A stretch of 45,520 bases of DNA from assembly GCA_016214465.1 (NCBI GenBank), contig JACROI010000021.1, positions 1 to 45,520 on the forward strand. The letters run 5' to 3'. The translations under genes and the position numbers were made by a program. Positions 32,084-41,147 of the stretch are shown piece by piece. The notes under the pieces were generated by a model. It was not told the DNA's origin. It worked only from the letters and a program-made list of their open reading frames with translations, and ran no database searches. The stretch comes from Candidatus Magasanikiibacteriota bacterium. Its GTDB lineage: Bacteria; Patescibacteriota; Patescibacteriia; Magasanikbacterales; UBA10003. The first letter of the stretch is position 1. Each line of letters begins with the position of its first letter.

Positions 32084-33022
32084 ATGAATACTCTACCGCT
32101 GAAAGAAGAATTTTTATTAAATATTCAAATCAACAACTACTCCCCCGAAACGGTTTATAATTATGAACGAGATTTGTCAGTGTTCGAAGATTTTTTGAAT
32201 TCGGAAATTAAAACAGATTTTAGGAAAGTCACAAAGAAAGATTTGCTTTTATATAAGGCCTACCTAGCTTCAATCGATCGTCTCACTCCACTGCGACAGA
32301 AAGGCAATAAACGATTATCCAGTTTTTCGCTAAACCATGCTCTTTCCGCTCTGCGATCATATTTGAAATTTTTAATTGATATGGATTTTGTTTCACCAAT
32401 CGCTCCCAACTCCGTCACTTTAATTAAAACTGAGCGTCGCCATACTCAGATCGCGGAAATGCCCGAATTTATAAAATTAATTGAATTTCCAACTAAAATT
32501 GAAAAAAATAAAATTATTGGTTTGCGCAATCGGGCTATGTTAGAAACATTATTTGCCACCGGCATGCGCATTTCCGAACTCCTGTCTTTAAAAAGATCGC
32601 AAATTGATCATACTGGCAGGATATTTATTACTGGCAAGGGTAAAAAACAACGGTTTGTTTACTTAACCCCTCGCGCCATGTGGATTATTAAAGAATATTT
32701 AAAAACTCGCAAGGATACATTTGCCGCTCTTTTTGTGCCTTACCGCGGTAGAAACAGCGGAGAGAAAGATAAACACATTTCGTGTAATTATTTGCAATAT
32801 AAGATTAAAAAATATCGTGAGTTGCTTAAAATTAATCTGCCTGTTAGTGCTCATTCTTTGCGGCATGCCTTTGCGACTTATTTAGCGGAAGAAGGGGCGA
32901 ATCCGGCAGCTTTGCAACATTTGTTGGGGCATGAATCACTGACAACCACAACGCGTTATGTGCATGCTTCTGATCGATACGCGGAGGAAACACATCGGAA
33001 ATTTCATCCGTTAAAAGATTAA
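32084..33022 (+). CDS. Tyrosine site-specific recombinase (XerC/XerD-like integrase)
   Basis: NRAMLETLFATGMRISEL, HSLRHAFATYLAEEGANPAALQHLLGHESLTTTTRYVH. Confidence 0.85.
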   Translation: MNTLPLKEEFLLNIQINNYSPETVYNYERDLSVFEDFLNSEIKTDFRKVTKKDLLLYKAYLASIDRLTPLRQKGNKRLSSFSLNHALSALRSYLKFLIDMDFVSPIAPNSVTLIKTERRHTQIAEMPEFIKLIEFPTKIEKNKIIGLRNRAMLETLFATGMRISELLSLKRSQIDHTGRIFITGKGKKQRFVYLTPRAMWIIKEYLKTRKDTFAALFVPYRGRNSGEKDKHISCNYLQYKIKKYRELLKINLPVSAHSLRHAFATYLAEEGANPAALQHLLGHESLTTTTRYVHASDRYAEETHRKFHPLKD

Positions 33023-33028
33023 TTTTTT

Positions 33029-33583
33029 ATGGAGCTACAAGAGTTGATTGATACTTTTTATTCTAATTATAATGCCAGTATTGATTATGAGGCATTAGAG
33101 AATATTTGCCAGTCGATGTCCGATGGGTATTTAAAAGTAATCAAGATCGAGATTTGTTCTTTGAATGTATTTCAAAACACGCTGGATAAAGTTTTGAACG
33201 GCAAAACCCCCATTTTTGAATATGATGGCGGGGGCAAGAAACACATTGCTCTTAAGATAGCCGCCGGCAAATATATTTTAAAAAAATTTGGTCAAAAATG
33301 CGATTACGAAGAGAATTATTGCGGCCAGCGACCCGATGTTATTTCTAAAGATAAAGATATTATTTTTGAATGTGGCGATACTGATCCAAGAAAAATTTTG
33401 GAATATCTTGGAGAAAATGAAAATTTAAAAATTTTTGTGATGCCATATCACCGTATTGAAGATGGCAAATTAATCTGCGGCTTTCTTTTTATAAAAAATA
33501 AAAACGGTTTAGCCACCAATTTATATAAAAGAAAAATTGATTCTTTAGCCGATGTGAGAAAAATTATTGCTTCGCGGAAATAA
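33029..33583 (+). CDS. Hypothetical protein (184 aa), with a weak PD-(D/E)xK-nuclease-like pattern
   Basis: Starts 6 nt after the recombinase stop. RPDVISKDKDIIFECGDT loosely resembles a D...E.K nuclease core, but the Lys is absent. Confidence 0.4.
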   Translation: MELQELIDTFYSNYNASIDYEALENICQSMSDGYLKVIKIEICSLNVFQNTLDKVLNGKTPIFEYDGGGKKHIALKIAAGKYILKKFGQKCDYEENYCGQRPDVISKDKDIIFECGDTDPRKILEYLGENENLKIFVMPYHRIEDGKLICGFLFIKNKNGLATNLYKRKIDSLADVRKIIASRK

Positions 33584-33591
33584 TATTTTCC

Positions 33592-34545
33592 CTATTGATA
33601 ATAAGACCTATTTTCATATCGCACATCAATATAGTTTAAATTATTTCTTTTGTCTTTTATTTTATCGCGTAAAAATATCGTCAACACCTGTATTTGTTTT
33701 TCCCAATCATTCTGCCTGTCCGTTATAATCCTCCATCCCTCGGTAGTGGTTAAATTCACCACTCCCCCATCCTTGTTCAATTCCACGAAAGAAATATTGA
33801 CGTTTGTTTTGGCCGGAATTTTTTCTTGCAAAAATAATAAAAATTGCACCGCTGCCGGCGCCACAGCCGACTCATTTATCGTTAAATTTTCCATTTCTTG
33901 CGTTTTGAGCATTAACAGGTTCAAATAAGCCGCGCTGTTGATATCAGCCGCGTCAACTTCTTGAATTATTTTACCTTCCCCGTCAATTAAATAATAATGA
34001 TTTTTCGGTTCGCCATTGAGTTGGGCCAAAGAATTTTCCAAAAGTAATTTGGCCCGTTTTTCTTTTACGGATATTTCAATTTTATTTGGAAATGAGCTTT
34101 TTATTTTTAAATCTTCCAGAGCGTAGGTTGTTTTGATTTCTTTTTCAATTTTATTTGTGTTGGCGATGAAATAGTTGCGGCCGTTAAAAAACCATAATCT
34201 TTTTGCGTCTAAAATCCTGTTTGTCAGATTATTTAACTCGTTATAAGATATTCTTTCCAAGCCGGCAATTGAAACTCGTTTGATATTAAAATAAGGATGG
34301 AGCGTCAATATGCCGATAATAGTTAATAATGATATTATCCCAATGGTGATTTTTATTCTCGGCGCTTTGGTGCGCGTTGGTAAATGTTTTTTATTAAGAT
34401 ATGGGTTATGAAACATCTTGCCCGATACATCGCGAGGCAGATTCCACTTGCGGCCGCGGCCAATTTTAAGCCAAGCAAAAAAATTTTTCCAATTGTTGGT
34501 TTTTTTGGGCCTGTGATATGTTTTATACCCACGATGCCTTAGCAT
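33592..34545 (-). CDS. ftsQ: Cell division protein FtsQ-like (TM anchor plus POTRA)
   Basis: Basic N-terminus, TM segment ITIGIISLLTIIGILTL, then POTRA-like FNIKRVSIAGLERISYNELNNL. Confidence 0.6.
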   Translation of the reverse strand: MLRHRGYKTYHRPKKTNNWKNFFAWLKIGRGRKWNLPRDVSGKMFHNPYLNKKHLPTRTKAPRIKITIGIISLLTIIGILTLHPYFNIKRVSIAGLERISYNELNNLTNRILDAKRLWFFNGRNYFIANTNKIEKEIKTTYALEDLKIKSSFPNKIEISVKEKRAKLLLENSLAQLNGEPKNHYYLIDGEGKIIQEVDAADINSAAYLNLLMLKTQEMENLTINESAVAPAAVQFLLFLQEKIPAKTNVNISFVELNKDGGVVNLTTTEGWRIITDRQNDWEKQIQVLTIFLRDKIKDKRNNLNYIDVRYENRSYYQ

Positions 34546-35651
34546 ATTATTCTTTTTATTTGCGGATTGATGCGTGTTACCACTTCATAATTGATGGTGT
34601 TAAGTTTTTGGGCTAAATCATCAGTCGTAATTTCGGTTTTTCCTTGTCGGCCAATCAAAGTGACTTTATCCCCAGTTTTGGCGTTTAGACCGGTCAAATC
34701 AATCATTGTCAAGTTCATGCAAATTCGGCCAAGAATAGCGCATTTTTTATCTTTAAATAAAACTTGTCCACAGTTGGAAAAATGGCGGTCTAGGCCGTCC
34801 CAATACCCCACCGGAATTATCCCCAGCTGTGTTTGGTGGTGTGTTCTGTGCGTGCCGCCGTAACCTACTAGTGTTCCTTTGTGGATATTTTTCACTTGTA
34901 TCAGCCGAGTATGCCAACTTAATACCGGTTTTAGTTTTATTATTTTTTTGATTTGCGCTGACGGATATAACCCATACAGACCGATACCAAGCCGAATGGC
35001 ATTGTGGCGGCCTTCTGGCACGGTTAACGCCGCGGCGGTGCAGGCAATGTGAATCATCGGCGGATTAATCCCGTTGGTTTTTAATTTAACTATTATTTTA
35101 TCAAAAATGCGTAATTGTTTTTGTGTGTATTTTTTGTCTTCTTCTGACGAGGCAAAATGACTAAAAATACCTTCAATTGTCAGGTTGTTTAGTTTTTTCA
35201 ATAAGGCAATGTTTTGTATCATTTCTTTTGGCAAAAAGCCGATTCTAGAGGCACCCGTATCTATTTTTAGATTAATTTTTATCTTTATTCCTCTTTTTTT
35301 AACAAAATTATTTAGTTTTACGGCAGTTGCCGTGTCATAGACTGGCAATGAGATATTTTTCAACTCTGACTCTTTCAACCCGTTTAATTCCTTAAAATCA
35401 AAAAAACTTAACACAATAATCTGTTTTTTGATTTTATTTTTTCGCAATTCCAACGCTTCAGCCAGATTTACAACAGCGATTTTATTTATCAATTTAGATG
35501 TGTCGCAAAATCTGGCAATTTCCAAAAAGCCATGACCATAGGCATTGCTTTTAATAACCGGAATGATATCTGTCCAATGCTCAATTTTTTGGCGAAATTG
35601 CCGTAAATTAAAAGTCAGGGCTTTTTTGTTTATTTCAACCCAAGTAAGCAT
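34539..35651 (-). CDS. alr: Alanine racemase
   Basis: PVIKSNAYGHG (PLP lysine motif). GIGLYGLYPS. C-terminal YEVVTRI. Confidence 0.85.
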   Translation of the reverse strand: MLTWVEINKKALTFNLRQFRQKIEHWTDIIPVIKSNAYGHGFLEIARFCDTSKLINKIAVVNLAEALELRKNKIKKQIIVLSFFDFKELNGLKESELKNISLPVYDTATAVKLNNFVKKRGIKIKINLKIDTGASRIGFLPKEMIQNIALLKKLNNLTIEGIFSHFASSEEDKKYTQKQLRIFDKIIVKLKTNGINPPMIHIACTAAALTVPEGRHNAIRLGIGLYGLYPSAQIKKIIKLKPVLSWHTRLIQVKNIHKGTLVGYGGTHRTHHQTQLGIIPVGYWDGLDRHFSNCGQVLFKDKKCAILGRICMNLTMIDLTGLNAKTGDKVTLIGRQGKTEITTDDLAQKLNTINYEVVTRINPQIKRIIC

Positions 35652-35662
35652 GAGGATTTTTG

Positions 35663-36910
35663 TTAAATTTTGTCAAAGCTAGTGAGTTTTTGCAAAACTT
35701 TGGGTATTGCAATATATCCGTCTTCCTGCTGATAATTTTCAATAATGGCGATCATGGCGCGGTCAGTCACCATTGTGCCGTTAAGGGTATGTACCAGCGC
35801 GTTGCATTCTTTACCGTCAGTTGTTTTTTTGTATTTGATATTCAGACGGCGCGATTGAAAGTCAGTGGTATTGGAAGTTGACGTCATTTCGCGATATTTT
35901 TTTTGTCCGGGCAACCAGGCCTCCAAATCATATTTTTTCGCAGCCGAAAAGCCCAAATCGCCACTGCAGATATTCACAACCTGATAAGGCAAATCAAAAT
36001 CGTTGAATAAGTCTTTTTCAATGGCCAGAATTTCTTCATGCATTTCCCAAGATTTTTCAGGTTCAGCAAAGGCCACCATTTCCACTTTATAAAATTGATG
36101 CACGCGCAAAATTCCGCTTTGGTCTTTGCCATAAGAGCCAGCTTCGCGGCGGAAGCACGGAGTAACAGCGCAATATTTTTTAGGTAAATCCTTTTTATTG
36201 AAAATATGTCCGTCGTGCATGGTGATGAGTGGCACCTCGGCCGTGCCGATTAGAAATAGATCGTCTTCACCCGGATTCACTTTGTAAATCTCGTTTTTGT
36301 CAGCCGGAAAAAATCCGGTGCCAAACATAGCTCGTTCGCGCACCAAAATTGGCGGCAAAATCAGCTCAAAACCGCGCTTAACAGCCTTTTGTAGGCCATA
36401 TTCAATGATAGCTCGCTCCAAAAGCGCGAGCTTACCTTTTAAATAGTAAAAACGCGACCCGGACACTTTGGCTCCCGCCTCGCAATCAATCAATTCTTTT
36501 GCTGCGACCACTTCAAAATGTTGTTTGAGTTCAAAAGAAAATTTTGGTATCTCCCCCACTGTTTCCATCACTTTGTTTTCCGTTTCATCTTTGCCAATAG
36601 GTATGGTCTCGTGATTAAGATTGGGAATTTGGTAAAGCATTTTTGTAATTTGATTTTCCAAAGGACGCAGACGATCTTCCATTTGTTGCAATTTATCCCC
36701 TAATTTGCGCATCTCAATAATTTCCACTTCGGTCGGCTTAGTTTTGGAGATTTTTTTCCTTTCATTGCGCAGGCCTTCGGTTTCCGTTTGCAAGGTTTTT
36801 CTTTGTCCGTCCAAATCCACCAGTTTTGGCAAATTAACTTTGACATTGCGGCTCGCGTTATTTTTTTCAACTAAATCCAAGTTTTCTTTAATGAATTTTA
36901 TATCCAACAT
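35663..36910 (-). CDS. serS: Serine--tRNA ligase
   Basis: MLDIKFIKENLDLV, GSRFYYLKG, LIGTAEVPL, FRREAGS.GKD..G..RVHQF.KVE, TLNGT. Confidence 0.9.
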   Translation of the reverse strand: MLDIKFIKENLDLVEKNNASRNVKVNLPKLVDLDGQRKTLQTETEGLRNERKKISKTKPTEVEIIEMRKLGDKLQQMEDRLRPLENQITKMLYQIPNLNHETIPIGKDETENKVMETVGEIPKFSFELKQHFEVVAAKELIDCEAGAKVSGSRFYYLKGKLALLERAIIEYGLQKAVKRGFELILPPILVRERAMFGTGFFPADKNEIYKVNPGEDDLFLIGTAEVPLITMHDGHIFNKKDLPKKYCAVTPCFRREAGSYGKDQSGILRVHQFYKVEMVAFAEPEKSWEMHEEILAIEKDLFNDFDLPYQVVNICSGDLGFSAAKKYDLEAWLPGQKKYREMTSTSNTTDFQSRRLNIKYKKTTDGKECNALVHTLNGTMVTDRAMIAIIENYQQEDGYIAIPKVLQKLTSFDKI

Positions 36911-37319
36911 ATTTTGATGATTTATATTTTTTCGGCTGAAATGATTTTAATTTTATAATCTTAATTTTTAATCCCCACTCCACTATTTGCCGTTTTAATT
37001 TTTTAATGAAAAATTTTTGATCATAGCCAAGGCAAATAATGTCAGGTTTTATTTTCTTAATAATTTTAAAATAATCTTTTTTATCTCCTAAAAATACTTT
37101 ATCCACCCAGCCGGTCTGGCGCAGATTTTTTTGCCGCTGTTCGGCCGTAAAATATGGCGCGTGTTTTTTAAGTTTTTCAACTGTGCTGTCGCGGGCAATC
37201 ACAGCGATGACTGTCTCCCCGTAGCGGCGCGCTTGCTGAAACAGCGACTGATGACCAGGATGAAGAATATCAAATGTTCCGAAGAGTAGGATTGTTAGAT
37301 TTGAGGCAGGCGGAGGCAT
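36888..37319 (-). CDS. Cytidylyltransferase-family nucleotidyltransferase (HxGH motif; TagD/RibL-like)
   Basis: Start chosen at ATG 37319 (MPPPASNLTILLFGTFDILHPGH). The first six codons lie inside the SE element arm. Confidence 0.65.
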   Translation of the reverse strand: MPPPASNLTILLFGTFDILHPGHQSLFQQARRYGETVIAVIARDSTVEKLKKHAPYFTAEQRQKNLRQTGWVDKVFLGDKKDYFKIIKKIKPDIICLGYDQKFFIKKLKRQIVEWGLKIKIIKLKSFQPKKYKSSKYVGYKIH

Positions 37320-37455
37320 ATAATTTTTGAATGAGGATATGTTTGAGCCAGGACGAGGCATTCTGCGATGGCTAAGGCCGTGAATGCCGAGTCCGGTGGC
37401 CTGAAAGGCCAGGCGAGTTTATCCGAGTGAAAAAAATTTATATGCCGAGCCTGCC
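37305..37455. repeat. SE-family ~150-nt structured element (copy 2, inverted relative to copy 1)
   Basis: Its reverse complement matches 21256-21405 with compensatory differences in two stems. Its arms supply the last 6 codons and stop of lysS, and the ATG plus 5 codons of the downstream gene. Confidence 0.8.
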
Positions 37456-38955
37456 AGATTCAGGTTTCAGTGTTGGAAACAAAATCACTTCTTTGATATT
37501 ATGCGAATCAGTCAAAAGAGCGGCCAAGCGATCAATGCCCATGCCCAATCCAGCAGTTGGCGGCAGGCCGTGTTTCAGAGCTGTAACAAAATCCTCGTCA
37601 AATTGATGCGCTTCTTCATCTCCTTTGTCGCGTAATTTTTCCTGCTCTTTAAAACGGGTTTCTTGGTCCAGAGGGTCATTTAATTCGGAAAATCCATTGC
37701 ATAATTCAAATCCGCCGGCCACGAGCAATTGCATTCGTTCGGTATAAGCCGGATTGTCAGCTCGGCGTTTGGCCAAAGGCGATAATTCCACAGGGTGGTC
37801 AATCATAAAGGTCGGTTGAATTATTTTCGGCCGAGCCAGAGTTTTGAAAATTTCATCCATAATTTTGCCGAGGCCGTCTTTTGGCGAGATCTCAATTTTT
37901 AATTTTTTGGCTTGGTCATACAAGGATGGTTGATCCGGATATTCTTCAATATCCAGTTTGGCATATTCAATTAAAATTTCGCGAAATGTTTTGCGCGGAT
38001 ATGGCGGCGCCAGATTTATTTTTTGTCCACCATATTCAAATGACTTATCCATTCCAAGGCGCGACAAAAGATATGGGAAAAATTTTTCCATCAGTTTCAT
38101 CAAGTCCTCATAATTGGCATAGGCCAAATAAAATTCAATTTGCGTAAATTCCGGATTGTGGCTGAAATCAATTCCTTCATTGCGAAAACAGCGCGCGATT
38201 TCATAAATTTTTTCAAAACCGCCGACAATCAGTCGTTTCAAATACAATTCAGGAGCGACGCGCAAAAATAAATCAATATTGAGGGCGTTGTGATGAGTAA
38301 CAAACGGCTTGGCCGTTGCGCCGCCGGCGATTGGCTGCAAAATAGGCGTTTCCACTTCCAAAAAATTTTCGGCATTGAAAAATTCACGAATGGCTTGAAT
38401 TATTTGAATCCGTTTGAGCGCTATTTCTTTGGCTTCCGGATTCGCGATTAAATCAAGATAGCGCTTGCGAAAACGGGTTTCCACATCAGAGAGGCCGTGA
38501 AATTTTTCCGGCATTGGCAAAAGCGACTTGGATAGCAATTGCCATTTTTTTACCAGCAGTGTTTTTTCACCGCGTTTTGTAATGAAAAGCGAGCCAGTGA
38601 CGCTTACAAAATCTCCTAAATCAATAATTTCGGAAAAAAGTTGATAGGCCTCATCGCCCACTTCATCTTTTTTAAAATAGATTTGGATTTTGCCGCTGGC
38701 GTCTTCAAGATTGGCAAAGGTTGAGCCGCCGTGTCCGCGGATACTGCGCAAACGGCCGGCCAGACAAATTTGTTCTTCCCGTTGCGCCAGCCGTTCAAAA
38801 TCAGTCAAAACAGCCGCAATGCTTTGGCGATTGGTGTTTTGCCAAGAAGGATAGGCCGCTAGACCGAGTTCTTTGATTTTTTCCAGTTTTTGCAAACGCG
38901 CTTGCGTTTCATCGGTTAAGGACGGCGCTGATGTTTGAGCTGTATTTTTAGGCAT
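37438..38955 (-). CDS. lysS: Lysine--tRNA ligase (class II)
   Basis: RLRSIRGHGGSTFANLEDASGKIQIY, LEVETPILQ, FRNEGID..HNPEFT..E.Y.AY, GLGMGIDRL. Confidence 0.9.
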   Translation of the reverse strand: MPKNTAQTSAPSLTDETQARLQKLEKIKELGLAAYPSWQNTNRQSIAAVLTDFERLAQREEQICLAGRLRSIRGHGGSTFANLEDASGKIQIYFKKDEVGDEAYQLFSEIIDLGDFVSVTGSLFITKRGEKTLLVKKWQLLSKSLLPMPEKFHGLSDVETRFRKRYLDLIANPEAKEIALKRIQIIQAIREFFNAENFLEVETPILQPIAGGATAKPFVTHHNALNIDLFLRVAPELYLKRLIVGGFEKIYEIARCFRNEGIDFSHNPEFTQIEFYLAYANYEDLMKLMEKFFPYLLSRLGMDKSFEYGGQKINLAPPYPRKTFREILIEYAKLDIEEYPDQPSLYDQAKKLKIEISPKDGLGKIMDEIFKTLARPKIIQPTFMIDHPVELSPLAKRRADNPAYTERMQLLVAGGFELCNGFSELNDPLDQETRFKEQEKLRDKGDEEAHQFDEDFVTALKHGLPPTAGLGMGIDRLAALLTDSHNIKEVILFPTLKPESGRLGI

Positions 38956-38986
38956 AGAAAATGATTTGTTAGCTTGTCATTGCGAC

Positions 38987-39104
38987 AGACCGTCCAACAA
39001 CTCGTTTTTTGTCATTGCGAGCGAAGCGAAGCAATCTCTTTTGGCTTAAAACGAGATTGCTTCGTCGCTTCGCTCCTCGCAATGACAGTTGTTGGACAGT
39101 CTGG
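38987..39104. repeat. 118-bp composite palindromic element (copy 2), nested inside a short P-type hairpin
   Basis: 100% identical to 23696-23813. Flanked by tgtcattgcga (38975-38985) and ggcaatctcg (39106-39115). Confidence 0.9.
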
Positions 39105-39164
39105 TGGCAATCTCGTGTTTGACGATGCTCTCAATTATACCAAACCCGCTTAAAAATGTCCAAA

Positions 39165-39194
39165 TAAAAAACCACAGTGGCGATAGCACTGTGG
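39165..39194 (-). terminator. Rho-independent terminator of the OPT gene
   Basis: Minus-strand ccacagtg-ctatcgc-cactgtgg followed by tttttt. Confidence 0.7.
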
Positions 39195-39241
39195 CATGGT
39201 TACTGAATGTCCAGCGTCTCCTCTGTTACGCTGGAGTTGAG

Positions 39242-40890
39242 CTATTCCATTGGGAAGATGCCAGCGACTTTTAGAGCGCCATTTAGCAGCCCGCCAGCCG
39301 CTTCGCCAAGAATGCCGGCCGCCGCTATGCTACTGATTGTCTCTTCGCCCATCTTGAATTTTTTGGCGAGGATGAGGAATATCACCGCGCCCACGAAGAA
39401 ATCCAATGAGTAAGCAATGGGTAGGATGAGCCCGATGCCAATGCCAGTGGTAGATGGCATGAATCGTTTGAGATTAAGATTGCCCTCCAACACTGCTAGA
39501 ATCGCGCCCCCGATTCCGAAGATGTACATCAGATTGAGGGCGTTGTTTGGCAGTTTATCACCACTGAGAATCAGAGAGAATCCAGCCCAGGCCTTGGCCA
39601 CTGGTGCCGACAGCTTGTCGTTTTCCAATGATATCTCGGTGGTGGACGACAAGAAGTAGAAGATGCCGACGCTGACGATGGCAATGACCGGCAGAACCAT
39701 TGCCTGCAAAGCCACCTGCAGTTTCGGATTCACCTTGAGCCGCCAGCCAGAGTAAAGATCCTGACACAGGATGCCGGTTTGATTGTTGCTACCGGCCATC
39801 ACGCCTGCGCCAGTCAGATTGACCAGCTTATCTACAGCGCCGGTCAAAGCGCCGATGCCCTGGGTGACTATACCCATAGCGCGCACCGGGTTAAAAGTAG
39901 TTTCTCCAGCCGCTCGAATGGCAACCAGATTCAGGAATACTCCTCCCACCACGACATAGATAATGCCGAGGTAGATTGGCACCCCGAACCAGTATTTCAA
40001 GATCACGACGATGGTTGCGGCTGTGACTATGCTAAGTCCGGCCAACCACTTGAGCGGGAGAATTCCACCATCATCGCTACCGATGTTCTTCAGAGCGCGC
40101 AGGGCAGCCACCATGGTCTGCCACTTCAACACGAGCGTGGTCAGGCCGGAGGTGATCAGGAAGGCAACGCCTGGGTAGAAGAATTTGTGGGGAGTGGCTG
40201 GTTTGTCTGTGTATGGGGAAACAAGCACCAGTAGCAGCGCTCCAACCACAAATCCCCAACCGGTGCGCAGGCCCAACAGTCCTCCGGCGCTCAAGAAGAA
40301 TGGACTCCAAGCCAGGCCAACTCCCACCATTCCTAAGGTGTAGAAGTCAGTCATCTCCGGCATCCACATCTTGCCTTGCAGCATCAGGATGCCGAAGAAC
40401 AGAATGGTGAAACATAGAATGATTTTGCCTTGCTTGGTGTCTTTTGAAGCCACCGTATTCTTGATGACGTTGGCGCAGGCCTCACCCACGACCCAAGGCA
40501 GAGTTTCCTTCACGATGAAGAGGTAGTGGCCATCAGGACGCTGAAAACGCCAGTAGAAAGCGTGAGCAGCATCATCTGGCCGGTGGTGAGCGTAATACCC
40601 ACCATTTGGAAGGCTGCGAAGATGTTGGTGACGAATCCGAAGCTTCCGCCGGCCGACCCCATAGTGGCCGCGATCATGGCCTCGGTAGTCGTCACCTTCT
40701 GCTTCATCGCGAAGAAGATGCCGGTGAAGATCAATGCCGCGATGATCGGCCCTTCCTCGATGACGCCCGCCTTGAGCGTGAGGTAGGAGTTGGCGGCGCA
40801 CATGATGACCGCCAGGATGAAACCGGAAATCACACTCTTCAGCGTGACCCCATCCCAAATACCTGATCTTTCGGCCACAGAGCTACTCAT
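39242..40890 (-). pseudogene. OPT-family oligopeptide transporter, interrupted by a 1-nt frameshift near 40515-40535; GC-rich
   Basis: The N-terminal 115-120 aa lie in the frame of 40890 (SGFILAVIMCAANSYLTLKAGVIEEGPIIAA...). The rest lies in the frame ending at 39242, from ...YLFIVKETLPWVVGEACANVI onward. The track N-terminus of the 39242-40858 ORF is Arg/His/Gly-rich junk. Confidence 0.7.
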
Positions 40891-41027
40891 GATTTACCTC
40901 TCTTCCCACGCCATGGCGTGGTACTCTTGATTGTCAAGAACCAGAAACCAACTAGTAACTATATAAAACCAACACGCGTTTTGCCCCAAACGCGTGAATT
41001 GCTTTTGAGTTTGAAAGAACCGAGTGT

Positions 41028-41056
41028 ATTTAAGCAAAAAAATAAAACAATGTCAA
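41028..41056 (-). promoter_or_regulatory. Promoter of the OPT cassette
   Basis: On the minus strand: TTGACA (41056-41051), 17-nt spacer, TTAAAT (41033-41028). Confidence 0.45.
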
Positions 41057-41072
41057 TAACTTGATACACAAC

Positions 41073-41097
41073 AAAAAATCCGCCCAAACGGACGGAC
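41073..41097 (-). terminator. Rho-independent terminator after the coiled-coil protein gene
   Basis: Minus-strand UCCGUCC-GUUU-GGGCGGA followed by UUUUUU. Confidence 0.65.
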
Positions 41098-41147
41098 TGA
41101 TAATTAAAAATTTTAGAGTTTAAATTTTAGAGTTAGGAATTATAATT

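Noticed and set aside
39417-40866. Multiple long ORFs on both strands in the track (39417-39659, 39558-39767, 39779-40234, 40077-40310, 40213-40410, 40526-40786, 40606-40866).
   Set aside because: All overlap the OPT gene. Their Arg/Gly/His/Pro-rich translations are typical of alternative frames in GC-rich DNA, where stop codons are scarce.
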